Source: Euprymna scolopes
Taxonomy: Eukaryota
Assembly (NCBI GenBank): GCA_053919585.1
Contig: CM132786.1
DNA length: 64,000 nt
Direction: 5' to 3' (one strand)
The translations under genes were made by a program, and so were the position numbers. The notes under the pieces are model-generated. The model made no database searches, had not been told where the DNA came from, and saw only the letters and a list, made by a program, of their open reading frames with translations. Positions 58,330-64,000 of this stretch are shown piece after piece; the stretch's first letter is position 1, and every line of letters starts with the position of its first letter.

Positions 58330-58695
58330 AACATCATTTAGAAAGTTAACAATCCTAAAAGCTGCTGATCGATTCATGCAAGATGGTCCAAAGGCAATCT
58401 GAAGCATTCCATACGTTTCTGTGGCATTTTATCCAAGGTTAAAACAGAATTTTACTGTATGTCGTTCTTCTAACGTATCCTCACGTCCAGATGTATTTTG
58501 AAATTAACCAGAGTGAAGATTTAGTAGGGCGTATTCCAATTCTTTCTGTAGTTGTTTATTTGAACCTGAGATCATAACAAATTGGTCAGTCATCTCATAA
58601 GATGTATAGCAATAACATACTGAATTTTCAAGAGGCTACAACAATTTTCAATGATTGGACAAAAAAGTCTGGAAACTTATTGAAGACACCTCGTA
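58330..58695 (-). mobile_element. Mariner-like element 5' end remnant
   Basis: Ends ...GGAAACTTATTGAAGACACCTCG|TA, a mariner-type TIR followed by TA; left boundary uncertain. Confidence 0.4.
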
Positions 58696-59340
58696 CATAT
58701 ACCACTCACGTGCAAAATAGGAGACAACTACGTTATCCTCTCATTTCCCTATTTTCTCCCTCTTTAATATTCACATTCAATGAACGCTGTTTTTTACAAA
58801 GAAGTAAATAGCTATGTCTTTTTGCTTTTAACCCTTAACTACGAAAGCGTGATGACTAAATTGGTAAAAGATTTACAACTGAATTAAATTTCAAATAGAT
58901 TGAAATGGTCTCTAGACGGCATGAAAAAGCTAGCGGTGAATGGTGAACTCTATACTGAATTCTACATAAACTCGACACTACATTTTTTATATGCATTTCT
59001 TGTAAAAACTATATTTCAGCTAAAAATCACAGATATTTACACATACTGAATCAAATTATTCTGTATATAATTAATTGAGAACGGCTGGAGTCGAAACCTT
59101 TTCGAAAGGTTTAATTGCGTAAATGACTGGAATAGATTCCACTGGTTTTAACTAAGAATGGCCAATTTCATAGCCCAAGGATGTATTCATCAAACCAAGT
59201 ACACTAACCAAGTGTCCTAAGATAAGTAGAACCTTTGACTCAATAACTGAATCATTATGAATATACTGTCCAAAAAAAAAAAAAAAAAGACGAAAAAGTA
59301 GGCTTTGCTAGTATCTGCACTCCCTAATTTCTGGATAAAA

Positions 59341-60084
59341 TCTCTACCTATATAGAAAAGGTACTTTGTATGTATCTTAGTGTGTGTGTGTGTGGGTGGG
59401 TGTGCGCGCGCGTGCGTGTGTGTATGTGTGTGTATGTGTGTGTGTATGTGTGTGTGTGTGAGTTCATGCCCTATGGATTCCGAAACGGCTGGACCGACAT
59501 TATTTTTTTAATTTTAGGAAAATGTACGTTATGTATCAGAGAGGGTTCTTAGATGGGTTTTGCATTGGAATGTCTTATATTTATCGAAAATCACCAAAAA
59601 AAAAAAAAAAAAACTGATTAAAGAAGGAAGAGTCCAATTTCGATGAAAGTTAACATCTTTATACAATCTAACGTAACAAGTGCATTTCAGAAGTTTTATT
59701 ACCGGACAAGCAAAAGGGCTCAACTTATAAAATGAAAGCAGGCCTTTTGATAAAACAGGAGCGCGTTCGAAATGAATCTTTCCGTTTAGAGAACAACTGA
59801 ACTATGATACTTGACTCTTGCATTTTAAACTTTAATTCAAGCCATTATATAAATATAATTTCATAAAACTAACAGTAGACTACAAAGTATTGTAGAGTAA
59901 GTGATTACAGAAAGTGAAGCTTCCTCCCGGTACACTGCAATGGGCCCCCAACTTGAACAGATAAGCAATCCATTTGATTGAAAATGGGCGTTTTCACTAA
60001 TTACGATGACTATAAAAGCATTGGAAGTATGAAACAGTCGTTGATCCTAATTACATTCTGGTCAACATCGGGTTTACTTACTAG
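59341..60084 (+). mobile_element. Full-length non-autonomous Helitron with an internal (GT)n microsatellite
   Basis: Inserted A|TC...CTAG|T with no TSD; 5' TCTCTACCTATATAG, (GT)n ~59380-59460, CCGAAACGGCTGGACCGAC, degenerate subterminal hairpin CTGGTCAACATCGG. Confidence 0.75.
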
Positions 60085-60445
60085 TGTTTACATAAAAACA
60101 TAAAATCACGTCATTAACCTAGTTTGTCATTTATATATTGTTATCATTTCTGGGGAGCTCAATAAAATACTGTAGTATCTAGTAATGTAAGTAGACGAGT
60201 GTTTGTTGAAATTTTTTTTACAAAGAGTCGAGGAGACTAGAGCTAGAAGCATCTACCATGAAAATAATGATAGAGTAGAGATAGACTCGCAATCCATCTT
60301 CCGTGAGGATTAGAAATTAGGGAGAAAATGCATTTTCCCACTAGATTTCGAAACCAGTTTTGCATCTTGTGAAAGCAAGAATGTATACTACTAGAAGTTC
60401 TTCCACAGATGTGACAACAGTACTCTTATGACCGATTTGATTTAT

Positions 60446-60900
60446 ACAGAGTGGCCCACTTAAAAGTAGCCCAGATATATATTAGAGAGGAGGGCCATTC
60501 TAATATTGTTTAAATTGTATAAAAGATGCTTAAAGTATTTACCGTTGACATCTATGCATTTCTGGGCACGTTTAACAACGTTTGCAGATACTGCTTGTAG
60601 ATATTCTCTGATAATTCTCCTGATAACATTGGTAATGTTCTCCTTTAGTTGGTCTAGATTGTGAGGATTATTTGCAGGAACGTTTTGTTTTAAAATCCCC
60701 CAAAGATAAAAAATACATGATGTCAAGTCCGGGGAACGTGGTGGCCAAACCCCTTTGCTTATTGTTCTCTCTTCCGTAAACATGTTATGAACTCGTGTCA
60801 GTGGTCTGTGAGACTTGTGGCAGGTAGCGCCATCTTGTCGGAAAAAAATTGCATTTTGTCTTGTGGTGTCAGTTTGTCGTTAAGAGGAAGATTAGAGAGA
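60446..60900 (-). mobile_element. Tc1/mariner-superfamily (rosa-like DDxD) transposon 3' half, decayed
   Basis: FRQDGATCH..MFTEERTISKGVWPPRSPDLTSCIFYLWGILKQNV..CIDVNGKYFKHLL; terminus TA|CAGAGTGGCCCACTTAAAAG. Confidence 0.85.
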
Positions 60901-61088
60901 TATGGCTCATTTTAAGTGGTCCATCTACAATTAAGATATATTGTCAGAAGTTGAGATACCTTCTGTGGCGCTGGTTTTTGCGTGACGGGACGGAAGTACG
61001 TACATTTATATATGTAATTATAACACTCTGTGGGCTCTCTGATCGCTCTTGCATGCATCTTGTCTACCACAAACATTGTTGTCATGGA

Positions 61089-62088
61089 ACCGGCATTGCC
61101 CGTCTTAAATTACACTTAAATATGATATTTTGATTAATGCAGATTTCGTATTTATTATTATATTATATTGGACCCAATATATAGTAACGACTTTAAAAGT
61201 AAAATGACTCGTGCGCCATCACCGAGAATTGAAACCAAAACGGTTAGCTTACAATTTACTTATACCTTTGATATCAATGCCTGAACTATGAAGACATGTT
61301 CGCTGTAAGGCTAAAGATTAAAGCACGAACCAATAGCTATTACGTCACGCATGCATATTTGTAATGCCGTCGTTCAACCTTCACCTGGCAAATATCATTT
61401 TTTTAATTTTCACACTTTCGTACACATTTTCCCGGCTAAAACCCAAAATATAAAGTTTCGTATGGGTTTGAATATCCTATATATTAAGTCTCATATCTGT
61501 AGACCAAAAACTGACAAAGGAGTTTGGTAGGAAAAATTATTTTAAACAAATATATATACGCATATATAAATATATATAGGAAGAGGTTTGTGTTTACTAT
61601 AATGTTGTTACGCAAATATTACGCAAGTATAAATCATGTAGAATATCTTCATGAATATAATTACACGTAATAGTTAACTAAAAATGATCATCCCATAAGA
61701 AAACCGAAAAAAAAACTAATAGGGAATTAATTAAAATTAATGTTTCAAAAATATGTAAATTAGCTAGATCCTTTGCAGATGAATGCAATTCCACGACCCA
61801 TATACAGTAGAACACCGAGATACGGCATTAAAAATAGTAACAAAATTCAGTACAGTATATAATATACATCTATATAATCAAATAACATTATAAATAACAC
61901 CGTAAGGCGGGGAAAACCGTAACCGAGGGCCGAAAAAACATCGTATTCCACATTGTAACCGGAAAAAAACCTTATCCTAGGTTCTACTTTCTTACAAAGT
62001 TGTATTTTTTTAAAATAGAAAAAACGAGTTTTAAATGTGAATATCATCCCCCACCCACCAAAAAACCCTAACTTTATAGGAGTATAGA
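61089..62088 (-). mobile_element. Non-autonomous Helitron (paralog of 5017-5774) carrying a nested MITE
   Basis: Colinear with 5030-5774; 5' end A|TCTATACTCC on the minus strand; hairpin-like CCGGCATTGCCCG near the 3' end. Confidence 0.72.
61805..61989. mobile_element. pogo/Tigger-like MITE
   Basis: TA|CAGTAGAACACCGAGATACGG ... CCTTATCCTAGGTTCTACTT imperfect TIRs; segment absent from the paralogous Helitron at ~5635. Confidence 0.65.
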
Positions 62089-62199
62089 TTTAATATAATT
62101 TACACTCCTTTCCACAGTCCAAATATAGTGAGTAGAAATACACTTCAGTCTTTACTGAACTTTTAGAAATAGTTTTAATCATGGAACTATGTTTTTTTA

Positions 62200-62393
62200 T
62201 GTTTTGGTTTCGATTTCGATTCTAGCTGATGGCACTCAAATCACATATATATTTTTTTGAATAATGACTATATATTTGGTAAAATATAATATGAAATAAT
62301 TGACTCTATAATAATAAATACGAAATCTACGTAAATTTAACTATCATATCTAAGTGTATTTTACGAGCGAGCAAAATCTGGCGCCCCTGTTAG
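62200..62393 (+). mobile_element. 3' part of a non-autonomous Helitron (family of 46710-47168)
   Basis: Reverse-complement similarity to 46710-46800 and 47000-47040; ends GGCGCCCCTGTTAG|T. Confidence 0.65.
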
Positions 62394-62401
62394 TTTGTTT
62401 T

Positions 62402-63187
62402 TATATATATAGATAGTGAAATAAGTTTTTTTTATATAGATAGTGAAATAAGTTCTTTTTTTATATATAGATAGTCAAATAAGTTTTTTTATATAGATAT
62501 TCAAATAAGTTTTTTTTATATAGATATTCAAATAAGTTTTTTATATAGATATTCAAATAAGTTTTTTTTATATAGATAGTCAAATAAGTTTTTTATATAG
62601 ATATTCAAATAAGTTTTTTATATAGATAGTCAAATAAGTTTTTTATATAGATAGTCAAATAAGTTTTTTATATAGATAGTGAAATAAGTTCTTTTTTATA
62701 TATAGATAGTCAAATGAGTTTTTTTATATAGATATTCAAATAATTTTTTTATATAGATAGTCAAATAAGTTTTTTATATAGATATTCAAATAAGTTTTTT
62801 TATATAGATAGTCAAATAAGTTTTTTATATAGATAGTCAAATAAGTTTTTTATATAGATAGTGAAATAAGTTCTTTTTTATATATAGATAGTCAAATGAG
62901 TTTTTTTATATAGATATTCAAATAAGTTTTTTATATAGATAGTCAAATAAGTTTTTTATATAGATATTCAAATAAGTTTTTTTTATATAGATAGTCAAAT
63001 AAGTTTTTTATATAGATAGTCAAATAAGTTTTTTATATAGATAGTGAAATAAGTTCTTTTTTATATATAGATAGTCAAATGAGTTTTTTATATAGATATT
63101 CAAATAATTTTTTTATATAGATATTCAAATAAGTTTTTTTTATATAGATATTCAAATAAGTTTTTTATATAGATAGTCAAATAAGTT
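62402..63187. repeat. ~25-30-bp minisatellite TATAGATA[G/T]TCAAATAAGTTTTTTA, ~30 copies
   Basis: Visible periodicity with variable T-run length. Confidence 0.95.
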
Positions 63188-64000
63188 CTCATTGAGTTAC
63201 ATTATAGAGTAGAGACATAGTATCATGAATGTCGGAATTATTTTATAAAAAATGAGTTTCAAACATGGAAGAATCTCGTCAATCAATAACATGTTTTTTA
63301 TAAAGAATATTCTTTACAATTTACAATTGGTTGGATTTAGGTTAATTAAATGCGTCGAGCAGAAAGCAATCCTTGTAAATTAGTTGGTGACTATCGACTT
63401 GGATGCGACTGCTTTTTTCCACGGTAAGATACCAGCAGCAAGTATTGATAGAAACTGCGTCTTGCAAATGAATATCCACAGCTCGGCTTGATATAATCTG
63501 ATAATTATGAGGATATGTGAGGCATATGATTCAAACTAATTGCATTACCATAAATTCGAATAATTCAAACCGCGCGGAATTTAATGTGATTTTAACGTAG
63601 TGATGCTAGAACACAGGACGTTAAAAAGGAACGTCAGTTCATTTTTAACAATTTTCACTTTATCAATTCTGTATCAACAGTTTATATGACAATCAATGAG
63701 CTGTCAACAGTCAATCGCTAAACATATAAGGATTTTAAATTATAATTACATACGTTTCTGAACTTTTTTTATTTTTAGATGAGGATTGATTATTCGTATT
63801 ATTTGGGATTCTTCAAACTACTGTTCTCATCCTGAGTGCAATTTTCGCAACGTTTTAATAACTCTCAGGTGTATCTCGTCAAACTCCAGAATCTCCTCTC
63901 GTCTTGAGTGTGATTTTAATAACGTTTCCATCTATGTAACCTCCAGTCTTTTTCATATGTAAATTAAAAGTGATAATGGCTCAGTAGTCAACGATGCGGG

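Overview
AT-rich eukaryotic (invertebrate-like) repeat-dominated DNA; no host protein-coding gene, CRISPR array or prokaryotic feature is supportable. About 56% of the window (6242-42123) is one uninterrupted ~36 kb tandem array of a 17-bp monomer (consensus AGATGATATTTACTTAT, ~2,100 copies), with a small set of monomer variants and kb-scale internal duplications. The only long ORF (52491-54059) is the transposase of a complete Chapaev3 (CMC superfamily, RAG1/Transib-related) DNA transposon at 52315-54354. It has 13-bp perfect TIRs and a TTA target-site duplication, carries a single frameshifting deletion near its C-terminus, and is nested in a decayed LINE. The rest is a mosaic of CR1/Jockey-type LINE fragments, a Helitron RepHel pseudogene, several non-autonomous Helitrons, Tc1/mariner relics, MITEs, a 5S-derived SINE, a tRNA-type SINE and smaller minisatellites. 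The most intriguing pattern is that the monomers of two satellites, read on the minus strand, begin with ATCTATA, the 5' terminus of the non-autonomous Helitrons found next to them.
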